Positions 1 to 14,461 are shown, counted from the stretch's first letter. The stretch is DNA of 64,000 nt from Tubulanus polymorphus (GCF_964204645.1 NC_134032.1:14248275-14312274); one strand, 5' to 3'. Program-made: numbers and translations. The notes: a model not told the origin generated them from the letters alone.

Positions 1-3000
1 ATCTGTGAAGTCTGGATGTTGGATCTGTGGTTATTCATCTGTGGAGTCGGGAAGCTGCATCACCTAAAATATCATAAATACCTTGGATTCTGGTGTGATA
101 GAGCTGGATGTTGGTTCTGTGGTAATTCATCTGTTGAAACTGAATGTTGGAACTGTAGTGATTGATCTGTGAAGTCTGTATGTTGGATCTATAGTAATTC
201 ATCCGTGGAGTCTGGAAGCTGCACCTAAAATATCATAAATACCTTGGATTCTGGTGTGATAGAGCTGGATGTTGGTTCTGTGGTAATTCATCTGTTGAAA
301 CTGAATGTTGGGACTGTGGTCATCGATCTGTGAAGTCTGTATGTTGGATCTATAGTAATTCATCTGTGGAGTCTGGATGTTGGATCTATAGTAATTCATC
401 TGCGGAGTCTGGATGTTGGATCTGTAGTAATTCATCTGCGGAGTCTTGAAGCTGCATCACCTAAAACATGATAAATACCTTGGATTCTGCTGATGTGGTA
501 GGGTTTGATGTTGAATCTGTGGTAATTCATCTGTTGAATGTGAATGTTGGTACTGTGGTCATCCATCTGTGAAGTCTGGATGTTGGTTCTGTGGTTATTC
601 TTCTGGGAAGTCTGAATGCTGGTTCTGTGGTAATTCATCTGCGAAGTCTGGACGGTGGTTCTGTGGTCTTCATTCTGTGAAGTCTGGATGTTCGATCTGT
701 GGTTTTTCATCTGCAAAGTCTGGATGTTAGATCTGATTCTGATGTTGGTTCTGTGGTAATTCATCTGTCAGGTCTTGAAGCTGCATCACCTAAAACATGA
801 TAAATACCTTGGATTCTGCTGGTGTGGTAGAATTTGATGTTGGATCTGTGGTAATTCATCTGTTGAATCTGAATGTTCGTTCTGTGGTCATCCATCTGGG
901 AAATCTGGATTTGATGTTGGTTCTGTGGTTTTTTATCTGCGAAGTCTGGATGTTGGTTCTTTGGTAATTCATCTGTCAGGTCTTGAAGCTGCATCACCTA
1001 AAACATGATAAGTACCTTGGATTCTGCTGGTGTGGTAGAGTTTGATGTTGGTTCTGTGGTAATTCATCTGTTGAATCTGGATGTTGGTACTGTGGTCATC
1101 CATCTGGGAAGTCTGGATTCTGATTCTGATGTTGGTTCTGAGGTTATTCATCTGCGAAGTCTGGATGCTGGTTCTGTGGTCTTCATTCTTTGAAGTCGGG
1201 AAGCTGCATCATCTAGAAGATCATAAATACCTTGGAGTCTGGTGTGGTAGTTTGATGTTGGTTCTGTGGTAATTCATCTGCGAAGTCTGGATGTTGGTTC
1301 TGTGGTCTTCATTCTTTGAAGTCTGGAAGCTGCATCATCTAGAAGATCATAAATACCTTGGAGTCTGGTGTAGTAGTTTGATGTTGGTTCTGTGGTAATT
1401 CATCTGCGAAGTCTGGATGTTGGATCTGTGGTAATTCATCTGTGAAGTCTGGATGTTGGTTCTGTGGTAATTCATCTGTCAGGTCTTGAAGCTGCATCAC
1501 CTAAAACATGATAAATTCCTTGGATTCTGCTGGTGTGGTTGAGTTTGATGTTGGTTCTGTGGTAATTCATCTGTTCAATCTCAATGTTGGAACTGTGGTC
1601 ATCCATCTGGGAAGTCTGGATGTTGGTTCTGTGGTTTTTCATCTGCGAAGTCTGGATGTTGGTTCTGTGGTAATTCATCTCTGAAGTCTGGATGTTGGTT
1701 CTGTGGTTTTTCATCTGCGAAGTCTGGATGTTGGTTCTGTGGTAATTCATCTCTGAAGTCTGGATGTTGGTTCTGTGGTAATTCATCTGCGAAGTCTGGG
1801 CGGTGGTTCTGTGGTCTTCATTCTTTGTAGTCTGGAAGCTGCATCACCTAGAAGATCATAAATACCTTGGAGTCTGGTGTGATAGAGCTGGATGTTGGTT
1901 CTGTGGTAATTAATCTGTTGAATCTGAATGTTGGTACTGTGGTCATCAATCTGGGAAGTCTGGATTCTGATGTTGGTTCTGTGGATTTTCACCTGCGAAG
2001 TCTGGATGTTGGATCTGTGGTTATTCATCTGTTGAATCTGAATGTTGGTACTGTGGTCATCCATCTGGGAAGTCTGAACGCTGGTTCTGTGGTAATTCAT
2101 CTGCGAAGTCTGGACGGTGGTTCTGTGGTCTTCATTCTTTGAAGTCTGGAAGCTGCATCACCTAGAAGATCATAAATACCTTGGAGTCTGATGTGGTAGT
2201 TTGATGTTGGATCTGTGGTAATTCATCTGTGAAGTCTGGATGTTGGTTTTGTGGTAATTCATCTGTGAAGTCTGGATGTTGGATCTGTGGTCATCCATCT
2301 GTGGAGTCTGGAAGCTGCATCACCTAAAATATCATAAATACCTTGGATTCTGGTGTGATAGAGCTGGATGTTGGTTCTCTGGTAATTCATCTGTTGAATC
2401 TGAATGTTGGTTCTGTGGTCATCCATCTGGGAAGTCTGGATTCTGATGTTGGTTCTGTGGATTTTCACCTGCAAAGTCTGGATGTTGGATCTGTGGTAAT
2501 TCATTCTTTGAAGTCTGGAAGCTGTATCACCTAGAAGATCATAAATATCTTGGAGTCTGGTGTGGTAGTTTGATGTTGGATCTGTGGTTATTCATCTGTG
2601 AAGTCTGGATGTTGGTTCTGTGGTTATTCATCTGTGAAGTCTGGATGTTGGTTCTGTGGTCATTCATCTGTGAAGTCTGGATGTTGGATCTGTGGTCGTC
2701 CTTCTGTGGAGTCTGGAAGCTGCACCTAAAATATCATAAATACCTTGGATTCTGGTGTGATAGAGCTGGATGTTGGTTCTGTGGTAATTCATCTATGAAG
2801 TCTGGATGTTGGTTCTGTGGTTATTCATCTGTCAGGTCTTGAAGCTGCATCACCTAAAACATGATAAATACCTTGGATTCTGCTGGTGTGGTAGAATTTG
2901 ATGTTGAATCTGTGATAACTGATCTGTTGAATCTGAATGTTGGTTCTGTGGTCATCCATCTGGGAAGTCTGAATTCTGATGTTGGTTCTGTGGATTATCA

Positions 3001-6000
3001 CCTGCGAAGTCTGAATGTTGGTACTGTGGTCATCCATCTGGGAAGTCTGGATTGTTGGTTCTGATGTTGGTTCTGAGGTAATTCATCTGTGAAGTCTGGA
3101 TGTTGGATCTATGGTCATCCATCTGAGGAGTCTAGAAGCTGCACCTAAAATATCATAAATACCTTGGATTCTGGTGTGATAGAGCTGGATGTTGGTTCTG
3201 TGGTAATTCATCTGTGAAGTCTGGATGTGGGATCAATGGTAATTCAACTGTCAGGTCTTGAAGCTGCATCACCTAAAACATGATAAATACCTTGGATTCT
3301 GCTGATGTGGTAGGGTTTGATGTTGAATCTGTGGTAATTCATCTGTTGCATGTGAATGTTGGTACTGTGGTCATCCATCTGTGAAGTCTGGATGTTGGTT
3401 CTGTTGTTATTCATCTGGGAAGTCTGAATGCTGGTTCTGTGGTAATTCATCTGCGAAGTCTGGACGGTGGTTCTGTGGTCTTCATTCTGTGAAGTCTGGA
3501 TGGTGGTTCTGTGGTTTTTCATCTGCAAAGTCTGGATGTTAGATCTAATTCTGATGTTGGTTCTGTGGTAATTCATCTGTCATGTCTTGAAGCTGCATCA
3601 CCTAAAACATGATAAATACCTTGGATTCTGCTGGTGTGGTAGAATTTGATGTTGAATCTGTGGTAATTAATCTGTTGAATCTGAATGTTGGTACTGTGGT
3701 CATCCATCTGGGAAGTCTGGATTTGATGTTGGTTCTGTGGATTTTCACCTGCGAAGTCTGGATGTTGGATCTGTGGTAATTCATCTGTTGAATCTGAATG
3801 TTGGTACTGTGGTCATCCATCTGGGAAGTCTGAACGCTGGTTCTGTGGTAATTCATCTGCGAAGTCTGGATGGTGGTTCTGTGGTCTTCATTCTTTGAAG
3901 TCTGGAAGCTGCATCACCTAGAAGATCATAAATACCTTGGAGTCTGATGTGGTAGTTTGACGTTGGATCTGTGGTAATTCATCTGTGAAGTCTGGATGTT
4001 GGTTTTGTGGTAATTCATCTGTGAAGTCTGGATGTTGGATCTGTGGTCATCCATCTGTGGAGTCTGGAAGCTGCATCACCTAAAATATCATAAATACCTT
4101 GGATTCTGGTGTGATAGAGCTGGATGTTGGTTCACTGGTAATTCATCTGTTGAATCTGAATGTTGGAACTGTGGTCATCCATCTGGGAAGTCTGGATGTT
4201 GGATCTAAAGTAATTCATCTGCGGAGTCTGGATGTTGGTTCTGTGGTAATTCATCTGCAAAGTCTGGATGTTGGTTCTGTGGTCTTCATTCTTTGAAGTC
4301 TGGAAGCTGCATCATCTAGAAGATCATAAATACCTTGGAGTCTGGTGTGGTAGTTTGATGTTGGTTCTGTGGTAATTCATCTGCGAAGTCTGGATGTTGG
4401 TTCTGTGGTCTTCATTCTTTGAAGTCTGGAAGCTGCATCATCTAGAAGATCATAAATACCTTGGAGTCTGGTGTAGTAGTTTGATGTTGGTTCTGTGGTA
4501 ATTCATCTGCGAAGTCTGGATGTTGGATCTGTGGTAATTCATCTGTGAAGTCTGGATGTTGGTTCTGTGGTAATTCATCTGTCAGGTCTTGAAGCTGCAT
4601 CACCTAAAACATGATAAATTCCTTGGATTCTGCTGGTGTGGTAGAGTTTGATGTTGGTTCTGTGGTAATTCATCTGTTCAATCTGAATGTTGGAACTGTG
4701 GTCATCCATCTGGGAAGTCTGGATGTTGGTTCTGTGGTTTTTCATCTGCGAAGTCTGGATGTTGGTTCTGTGGTAATTCATCTCTGAAGTCTGGATGTTG
4801 GTTCTGTGGTTTTTCATCTGCGAAGTCTGGATGTTGGTTCTGTGGTAATTCATCTCTGAAGTCTGGATGTTGGTTCTGTGGTAATTCATCTGCGAAGTCT
4901 GGGCGGCGGTTCTGTGGTCTTCATTCTTTGTAGTCTGGAAGCTGCATCACCTAGAAGATCATAAATACCTTGGAGTCTGGTGTGATAGAGCTGGATGTTG
5001 GTTCTGTGGTAATTAATCTGTTGAATCTGAATGTTGGTACTGTGGTCATCAATCTGGGAAGTCTGGATTCTGATGTTGGTTCTGTGGATTTTCACCTGCG
5101 AAGTCTGGATGTTGGATCTGTGGTTATTCATCTGTTGAATCTGAATGTTGGTACTGTGGTCATCCATCTGGGAAGTCTGAACGCTGGTTCTGTGGTAATT
5201 CATCTGCGAAGTCTGGACGGTGGTTCTGTGGTCTTCATTCTTTGAAGTCTGGAAGCTGCATCACCTAGAAGATCATAAATACCTTGGATTCTGGTGTGAT
5301 AGAGCTGGATGTTGGTTCTGTGGTAATTCATCTGTTGAATCTGAATGTTGGTTCTGTGGTCATCCATCTGGGAAGTCTGGATTCTGATGTTGGTTCTGTG
5401 GATTTTCACCTGCAAAGTCTGGATGTTGGATCTGTGGTAATTCATTCTTTGAAGTCTGGAAGCTGTATCACCTAGAAGATCATAAATATCTTGGAGTCTG
5501 GTGTGGTAGTTTGATGTTGGATCTGTGGTTATTCATCTGTGAAGTCTGGATGTTGGTTCTGTGGTTATTCATCTGTTGAGTCTGGAAGCTGCATCACCTA
5601 AAATATCATAAATACCTTGGATTCTGGTGTGATAGAGCTGGATGTTGGTTCTGTGGTCATCGATCTGTGAAGTCTGTATGTTGGATCTATAGTAATTCAT
5701 CTGCGGAGTCTGGAAGCTGCATCACCTAAAACATGATAAATACCTTGGATTCTGCTGGTGTGGTAGAATTTGATGTTGGTACTGTGGTCATCCATCTGGG
5801 AAGTCTGGATTGTTGATTCTGATGTTGGTTCTGTGGGTATTCATCTGGGAAGTCTGAATGCTGGTTCTGTGGTAATTCATCTGCGAAGTCTGGACGGTGG
5901 TTCTGTGGTCTTCACTCTGTGAAGTCTGGATGTTGGATCAGTGGTTATTCATCTGTGAAGTCTGGATGTTGGTTCTGTGGTAATTCATCTGTGAAGTCTG

Positions 6001-7462
6001 GATGTTGGATCTGTGGTAATCTATCTGTCAGGTCTTGAAGCTGCATCACCTAAAACATGATAAACACCTTGGATTCTGCTGGTGTGGTAGAGTTTGAAGT
6101 TGGTTCTGTGGTAATTCATCTGTTGAATCTGAATGTTGAAACTGTTCTCATCCATCTGGGAAATCTGGATTCTGATGTTGGTTCTGTGGATTTTCATCTG
6201 TGAAGTCTGGACGGTGGTTCTGTGGTCTTCATTCTTTGAAGTCGGGAAGCTGCATCACCTAGAAGATCATAAATACCTTGGAGTCTGGTGTGGTAGTTTG
6301 ATGTTGGTTCTGCGGTAATTCATCTGTGAAGTCTGGATGTTGGATCTGTGGTTATTCATCTGTGAAGTCTGGATGTTGGTTCTGTGGTAATCCATCTGTC
6401 AGGTCTTGAAGCTGCATCACCTAAAACATGATAAATACCTTGGATTCTGCTGGTGTGGTTGAGTTTGATGTTGGTTGTGTGGTAATTCATCTGTTGAATC
6501 TGAATGTTGGTTCTGTGGTCATCCATCTAGGAAATCTGGATTTGATGTTGGTTCTGTGGTTTTTCATCTGTGAAGTCTGGATGTTGGTTCTGTGGTAATT
6601 CATCTGTGAAGTCTGGATGTTGGTTCTGTGGTTATTCATCTGTCAGGTCTGGAAGCTGCATCACCTAAAACATGATAAATACCTTGGATTCTGCTGGTGT
6701 GATAGAGTTTGATCTTGGTACTGTGGTTTTTCATTTGCAAAGTCTGGATGTTGGATCTGTGGTAATTCATCTGTGAAGTCTGGATGTTGGATCTGATTCT
6801 GATGTTGGTTCTGTGGTCATCCATCTGGGAAGTGTGGATTCTGATGTTGGTTCTGTGGTTTTTCACCTGCGAAGTCTGGATGTTAGATCTGTAGTAATTC
6901 ATCTGTGAAGTCTGGATGTTGGTTCTGTGGTCGTCCTTCTTTATGTCTTGAGGCTGCATCACCTAGAACATCATAAATACCTTGATTCTGGTGTTGTGGT
7001 TAGAGTCTGGATGCCGGTTTTTGTGATAATTCACCTGTGACGTCTGGATATAGGTTCTGTGGTCTTCCTCCTGTGAAGTCTTGAAGCTGCATCACCTAGA
7101 ACATCATGAACACCTCCAATTCTGTTTCTGTGGTAGAGTCTGATGTTGGTTTTGTGGTCTTCCTTTTTTGAGGTCTGAAAGCTGCATCACCTAAAACATG
7201 ATAAATACCTTGGATTCTGCTGGTGTGGTAGAGTTTGATGTTGGTTTTGTGGTAATTCATCTGTTCAATCTGGATGTTGGAACTGTGGTCATCCATCTGG
7301 GAAGTCTGGATGCTGCATCACCTAAGACATAGTATATACCTCCGATTCTGTTTGTGTGGTAGAGTCTGGATGTTGGATCTGTGGTAGTTCATCTGTTGAA
7401 TCTAGCGTACTGACTGTGAAAATCCTTCTGTGAAGTCTGGATTCTGATTCTGTGGTAATTGA
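1..7462. repeat. 36-bp tandem array with interspersed longer variant units; internal ~3.1-kb duplication; runs off the window edge
   Basis: Unit ATCTGCGAAGTCTGGATGTTGGTTCTGTGGTAATTC; near-identical ORFs offset by 3103 (1472/4575, 1783/4886). Confidence 0.95.
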
Positions 7463-7544
7463 CTGTAAAATGTTTACATTTAAATACAAAACATTAACAC
7501 CACTTCTAGTTCATTGTCTCATTACTCCATGTGACTAATTCATG

Positions 7545-10500
7545 TTGGCCTTTGTTATCACATTGGAATCAAACAAGTTTTGAATTGAACAATCAACCTT
7601 ACTTCAAATGACAAATTCATATTGGCCTATTTCATCATTTAAGCCTTTCGGTACCCACCCACCATACCGAGCCAGAAATTCTTATTTTGGATGATTTTAC
7701 TAAAACCTCAGGTAAAATTATACTGTAAGTGTTATAAAAAGGGGTACTGTACCCACAGTTGGGCACCATTGAAGAAAACATTTGGGTGACATATGTGTTA
7801 CATGACCTAATTAATGCAATTTACATATTTTTCAGAAAAACTTCAAATAAAATTCGAATATCTTACCAATTGCTATACATAGCATGCTTCTCTATTCTGC
7901 AGTATGTTCTGATGATTTTCTGAGAATCTGATGGTTAAATGTCCATAGTTAAGAAATTTATGGCTGTTTCAGTGAAGCAAGGTATAGTCAGCCCAAATGC
8001 AGATTTATAAATCAATATTGATCCACAAAATATATTTCGAAACGACTGTTCCTGCATAGTAGCTGAATTACTTACAATGTTTTGAGATAGATGGCGCATC
8101 GGCATTATACAAATTCTGTATGAAAATGACAAATTCATATTGGCCTATTTTATCAGTTTGAACCCAAACTATCAACTTTACTCCAAATGACAAATTCATA
8201 TTGGCCTATTTTATCAGTTTGAACCAGAAATATCAACTTCACTCCAAATGACAATTTCATATCGGCCTATGTTATCACTTTGAACCCAAACTATCAACTT
8301 CACTCCAAGTGACAAATTCATATTGGCCTATTTTATCAGTTTGTAATCAAACTATCAATTTTATTGATCATGCGACAAATTGGCCTATCTCATCAGTTTG
8401 AACCCAAACTATCAATTTTACTCCAAGTGACAAATTCATATCGGCCTATTTTATCAGTTTGTAATCAAACTATCAACTTTACTCCAAGTGACATATTCAT
8501 ATTGGCCTATTATGTCAATTTGTAATTAAACTATCAACTCTTCTTTAATCCCTGTAACAATTCTTTATAACCTAATATACTGCAAACTCAATCAGATTCC
8601 AGGCCTTATTTGATGTTGAGTTTACAGTATCGGCCCTATCTTCCTCACATGTCCTGTTTAAGTGAATATCACTCAAATTTCTGTTAATAGATTTAAAACC
8701 CTTCACCTCATGCAACTTATGTACTAACATTCTAGGCCGATTGTTTCATTTTTCTATTTTTAAGTTTTAGGTGGTATACGAAGGGTTGATAGAAGAATAA
8801 ATGCAACTGATATAATCTCCTATCAGTCACATTTTTTACATACGGTCCACAAGTAAAAAGCAGTCGAAATTATGTTTAGTTTATACTAGACTAAACTACG
8901 ATTGTATGAAATACTGGTGACAGATATCGGACCTATGAACATTCAATAATAAACTGACTGTGCGCAATAATATATTCACTCTCTGCTATAGCAGCTAAAC
9001 CTAACCTTGCTATAAAAATGCGTAAATTTATTGAAACTTTCTGCTTTTTCCTTACCTGAAATATCTATAAAACATGATTTAAGCAATTTTTGATATCAAA
9101 CTCACATCTGCATCTCTTCTCTCCTCTTGTCGTCACTGACTGAGTTGAATAAATCCAATCCACATCCTGACATTCATGTTTGTGTATAATAGTTTTACAA
9201 TCCGAAATCAGCTCTAACAGTTAACAAATGCTTCCAGTGTTCCAGTTTTTACCATATTGCATGTTTTCCGCCAGAAATCCATCTAAAAAACCTCAATCTC
9301 AACAGTTAAATTCTATATCAATATCTTTTTTGGCAAAAAAAACATTTAATGCAGGTTAAGTAGGGCGGCCTCCACTCCTCACACCAGATCAATTTCTGAT
9401 CCAATCAGAATTTCATTGAATGAATTGTGCCTTTACAGGGATGTATGTTAAAATATGATGTTTAATCCAGATTTCTCATGAACCTGCATCAACTGAATTG
9501 AATCATACAATCAATCAATTTTACTGATCACGCGACAAATTGGCCTATTTTATCAGTTTGAACTCAAACTATCAACTTCACTCCAAGTGATGAATTCATA
9601 TTGGCCTATTTTATCAGTTTGTAATCAAACTATCAACTTTACTTCAAGTGACAAATTCATATCGGCCTATTTTGTGAGTTGGAACCAGAAATATCAACTT
9701 CACTCCAGGTGACAAATTTGGCCCATTCTATCAGTTTGTAATCAAACTATCAATTTCACTCCAAGTGACAAATTCATATTGGCCTATTATGTCAATTTTT
9801 AATCAAACTATCAACCCTTCTTTAATCCCTGTAACAATTCTTTATAACCTAATATTAAACTCAATCAGATTCCAGGCCTTATTTGATGTTGAGTTTACAG
9901 TATCGGCCCTATCTTCCTCACATGTCCTGTTTAAGTGAATATCACTCAAATTTCTGTTAATAGATTTAAAACTCTTCACCTCATGCAACTTATGTACTAA
10001 CACTCTAGGCCGATTGTTTCATTTTTCTATTTTTAAGTTTTAGGTAGTACACGAAGGGTTGATTGAAGAATAAATGCAACTGCTATAATCTCCTATCAGT
10101 CACATTTTTTACATACGGTCCACAAGTAAAAAGCAGTCGAAATTATGTTTAGTTTATACTAGACTAAACTACGATTGTATGAAATACTGGTGACATCGGA
10201 CCTATGAACATTCAATAATAAACTGACTGTGCGCAATAATATATTCACTCTCTGCTATAGCAGCTAAACCTAACCTTGCTATAAAAATGCGTAAATTTAT
10301 TGAAACTTTCTGCTTTTTCCTTACCCGAAATAACTATAAAACATGATTTAAGCAATTTTTCATTTCAAACTCACTAATCTGCATCTCTTCTCTCCTCTTG
10401 TCGTCACTGACTGAGTTGAATAAATCCAATCCACATCCTGACATTCATGTTTGTGTATAATAGTCTTATAATCCAAAATCAGCTGTAACAGTTTACAAAA

Positions 10501-12960
10501 TGCTTCCAGTGTCCCATCTAGTTTTTACCATATTGCGTGTTTTCGCCAGAAATCCATCTTAAAAACCTCAATCTCAACAGTTAAATTCTATATCAATATC
10601 TTTTTTGGCAAAAAAAACATTTAATGCAGGTTAAGTAGGGCGGCCTCCACTCCTCACACCAGATCAGTTTCTGATCCAATCGGAATTTCATTGAATGAAT
10701 TGTGCCTTTACAGGGATGTATGTTAAAATATGATGTTAAATCCAGATTTTTCATGAACCTGCATCAACTGAATTGAATCATACAATCAATTTTACTGATC
10801 ATGCAACAAATTGGCCTATTTTATCAGTTTGTACTCAAACTATCAACTTTACTCCAAGTGATGAATTCATATTGGCCTATCTTATCAGTTTGAACTCAAA
10901 CTATCAACAAATTAATATTGGCCTATCTCATCAATTTGAAGCAAGGATATCAACTTTACTCCAAGTGAAAAATTCATATTGGCCTATTTTATCAGGTTGG
11001 ACTCAAACTATCAACTTTAGTCCCAATGACAAATTCATATTGGCCTATTTTATCATTTTGAACTCAAACTATCAACAAATTAATATTGGCCTATTTCATC
11101 AATTTGAAGCAAGGATATCAACTTTACTCCAAGTGAAAAATTCATATTGGCCTATTTTATCAGGTTGGACTCAAACTATCAACTTTAGTCCCAATGACAA
11201 ATTCATATTGGCCTATTTTATCAGTTTGGACCAAAAATTTCAACTTCTATTTCACTCCAAATAACAAGCTCATATTGGCCTACTTTATCAGTTTGAACCC
11301 AAACAATATTTAAGTTACAAATCTAGTGACAAATTCATATTCAGAATGTTTGTGTATAATAGTCTTATAATCCAAAATCAGCTGTAACAGTTTACAAAAT
11401 GCTTCCAGTGTCCCATCTAGTTTTTACCATATTGCGTGTTTTCGCCAGAAATCCATCTTAAAAACCTCAATCTCAACAGTTAAATTCTATATCAATATCT
11501 TTTTTGGCAAAAAAAACATTTAATGCAGGTTAAGTAGGGCGGCCTCCACTCCTCACACCAGATCAGTTTCTGATCCAATCGGAATTTCATTGAATGAATT
11601 GTGCCTTTACAGGGATGTATGTTAAAATATGATGTTAAATCCAGATTTTTCATGAACCTGCATCAACTGAATTGAATCATACAATCAATTTTACTGATCA
11701 TGCAACAAATTGGCCTATTTTATCAGTTTGTACTCAAACTATCAACTTTACTCCAAGTGATGAATTCATATTGGCCTATCTTATCAGTTTGAACTCAAAC
11801 TATCAACAAATTAATATTGGCCTATCTCATCAATTTGAAGCAAGGATATCAACTTTACTCCAAGTGAAAAATTCATATTGGCCTATTTTATCAGGTTGGA
11901 CTCAAACTATCAACTTTAGTCCCAATGACAAATTCATATTGGCCTATTTTATCATTTTGAACTCAAACTATCAACAAATTAATATTGGCCTATTTCATCA
12001 ATTTGAAGCAAGGATATCAACTTTACTCCAAGTGAAAAATTCATATTGGCCTATTTTATCAGGTTGGACTCAAACTATCAACTTTAGTCCCAATGACAAA
12101 TTCATATTGGCCTATTTTATCAGTTTGGACCAAAAATTTCAACTTCTATTTCACTCCAAATAACAAGCTCATATTGGCCTACTTTATCAGTTTGAACCCA
12201 AACAATATTTAAGTTACAAATCTAGTGACAAATTCATATTCAGAATGTTTGTGTATAATAGTCTTATAATCCAAAATCAGCTGTAACAGTTTACAAAATG
12301 CTTCCAGTGTCCCATCTAGTTTTTACCATATTGCGTGTTTTCGCCAGAAATCCATCTTAAAAACCTCAATCTCAACAGTTAAATTCTATATCAATATCTT
12401 TTTTGGCAAAAAAAACATTTAATGCAGGTTAAGTAGGGCGGCCTCCACTCCTCACACCAGATCAGTTTCTGATCCAATCGGAATTTCATTGAATGAATTG
12501 TGCCTTTACAGGGATGTATGTTAAAATATGATGTTAAATCCAGATTTTTCATGAACCTGCATCAACTGAATTGAATCATACAATCAATTTTACTGATCAT
12601 GCAACAAATTGGCCTATTTTATCAGTTTGTACTCAAACTATCAACTTTACTCCAAGTGATGAATTCATATTGGCCTATCTTATCAGTTTGAACTCAAACT
12701 ATCAACAAATTAATATTGGCCTATCTCATCAATTTGAAGCAAGGATATCAACTTTACTCCAAGTGAAAAATTCATATTGGCCTATTTTATCAGGTTGGAC
12801 TCAAACTATCAACTTTAGTCCCAATGACAAATTCATATTGGCCTATTTTATCATTTTGAACTCAAACTATCAACAAATTAATATTGGCCTATTTCATCAA
12901 TTTGAAGCAAGGATATCAACTTTACTCCAAGTGAAAAATTCATATTGGCCTATTTTATTG
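7545..12960. repeat. ~59-bp satellite blocks alternating with duplicated spacer; 899-bp higher-order repeat x2.8 at 10447-12958
   Basis: Unit GACAAATTCATATTGGCCTATTTTATCAGTTTGAACCCAAACTATCAACTTTACTCCAA; ORF offsets 10773/11672/12571; ~8500-9600 recurs at ~9770-10870. Confidence 0.93.
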
Positions 12961-12965
12961 GGCTA

Positions 12966-13212
12966 AAACTCCAGGCTGCTAGATTTTAGGGGAAGCTCCA
13001 GGCTGGTAGATTGCATGGGTGCTCAAACTCCAGGCTGCTAGATTTTAGGGGAAGCTCCAGGCTGGTAGATTGCATTGAGGGTTCAAACTCCAGGCTGGTA
13101 GATTGCATGGGAGCTCAAACCCAGGATGGTAGATCTGTAGATTGCATGGGTGCTCAAACTCCAGTCTGGTAGATTGCATGGGGGGGAGTTAAAAACTCCA
13201 GGCTAGTAGATC
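12966..13212. repeat. ~30-bp minisatellite
   Basis: Repeated CTCCAGGCTGGTAGATTGCATGGG. Confidence 0.8.
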
Positions 13213-14461
13213 ATCTGAGGGGTTCACGCTCCAATCGCCTGATTAAGTGGATCCAAAGTCAAGTTGTATATTTTCTGAGATTCTGGATGCGGCCTGTAGT
13301 TACTGATTGTCTAAAAGTTCAGGATCAAAACTACAGAAAGGATCCTGCCAGTGGATTTCATTAGATATCTGAAGAGCTGTAGATAATTGTTTTTACTCAC
13401 TTATCAAATAATCTTCAGATTCATCAATCTGAAGATGCAGCATCAGAATCTGATGCTGCATCAGCGTTTTGGGTCTGGGGGATGCAACCAACCATTTTCG
13501 GGACCGTCGATGGAGACAGCTGATATTGTTTTCGTTTTGGATAAGTCTAGACGCCAGTCTTCCGCACAAGTTCATTAAACTGTAACAATAAAGAGATGAA
13601 TCGAATCGGAACAGCGCGACAATACATCATTGTGCCTTTATCGAAATGATTTCAACTTCACTCCAAGTGACGCGATTAAGCGAAGAAAATGTCGCCAAGA
13701 GGTCAACCCCGAGAAATATCAACGTGCCATAAAAAAAACCCAGGCGTTTCACAATTTCAAATCGACCATAAATTGCGAAAAAAATATTTTCAAAACACCC
13801 ATAAATGTGTTAAACAAGGTCGCGAAATAATCGTTACAATTTATTCAATATTTCATACATTGTATATTTTGCGTAAAGTTAGTTACTTTTTGTTACCCAA
13901 TGAACTGCGCGAATCGCCATTGTATCAAAACGACTCGCCTGCTAACTTTTGGAGCGTCATTTTAAATCTGCTTCAAACATTTTTTCGCGACGCCATCCAA
14001 ACCTACATTTATCAGCAGTCGCTTCCTTGTATCTGTACGAATCGATTTATTGCCTTCAGGTTGACGTTACGACTTTTTTCTCAGAGGATTGATGCAGAGT
14101 TTTTCGCAAAAAAATCGTGAAAAATGTCCTCCTTCTCCATCTTCGCCAGACGTACCGAATACTCGAAGCTGATTGGCTGAATCGCTCGGGCGATGCGCAC
14201 TATCAGCCTCGCTGTGGATACAGCGCTATCAGTCTCGCTCTGATTATCACGACAACACGTGCTCGTTTCAGACTTATAGATAAGCTGTTAAATGATAAGC
14301 TGTTAATCCTGTGTCTATAATATATATTTCTAATATGAATATATATATCCATTCTTCCTTGAAGGATAAACTACATATCAATCATAGATATGTCCGCCAT
14401 TACTGCAGCGTTGCCATTGCGGCGGCGAAGTGTCCGTATTCCGTCTCATTTTGTCCGTATT

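Noticed and set aside
10773-12966. Three 131-163-aa ORFs
   Set aside because: Products of the ~59-bp satellite in the 899-bp repeat; non-ATG starts, no protein-like features.
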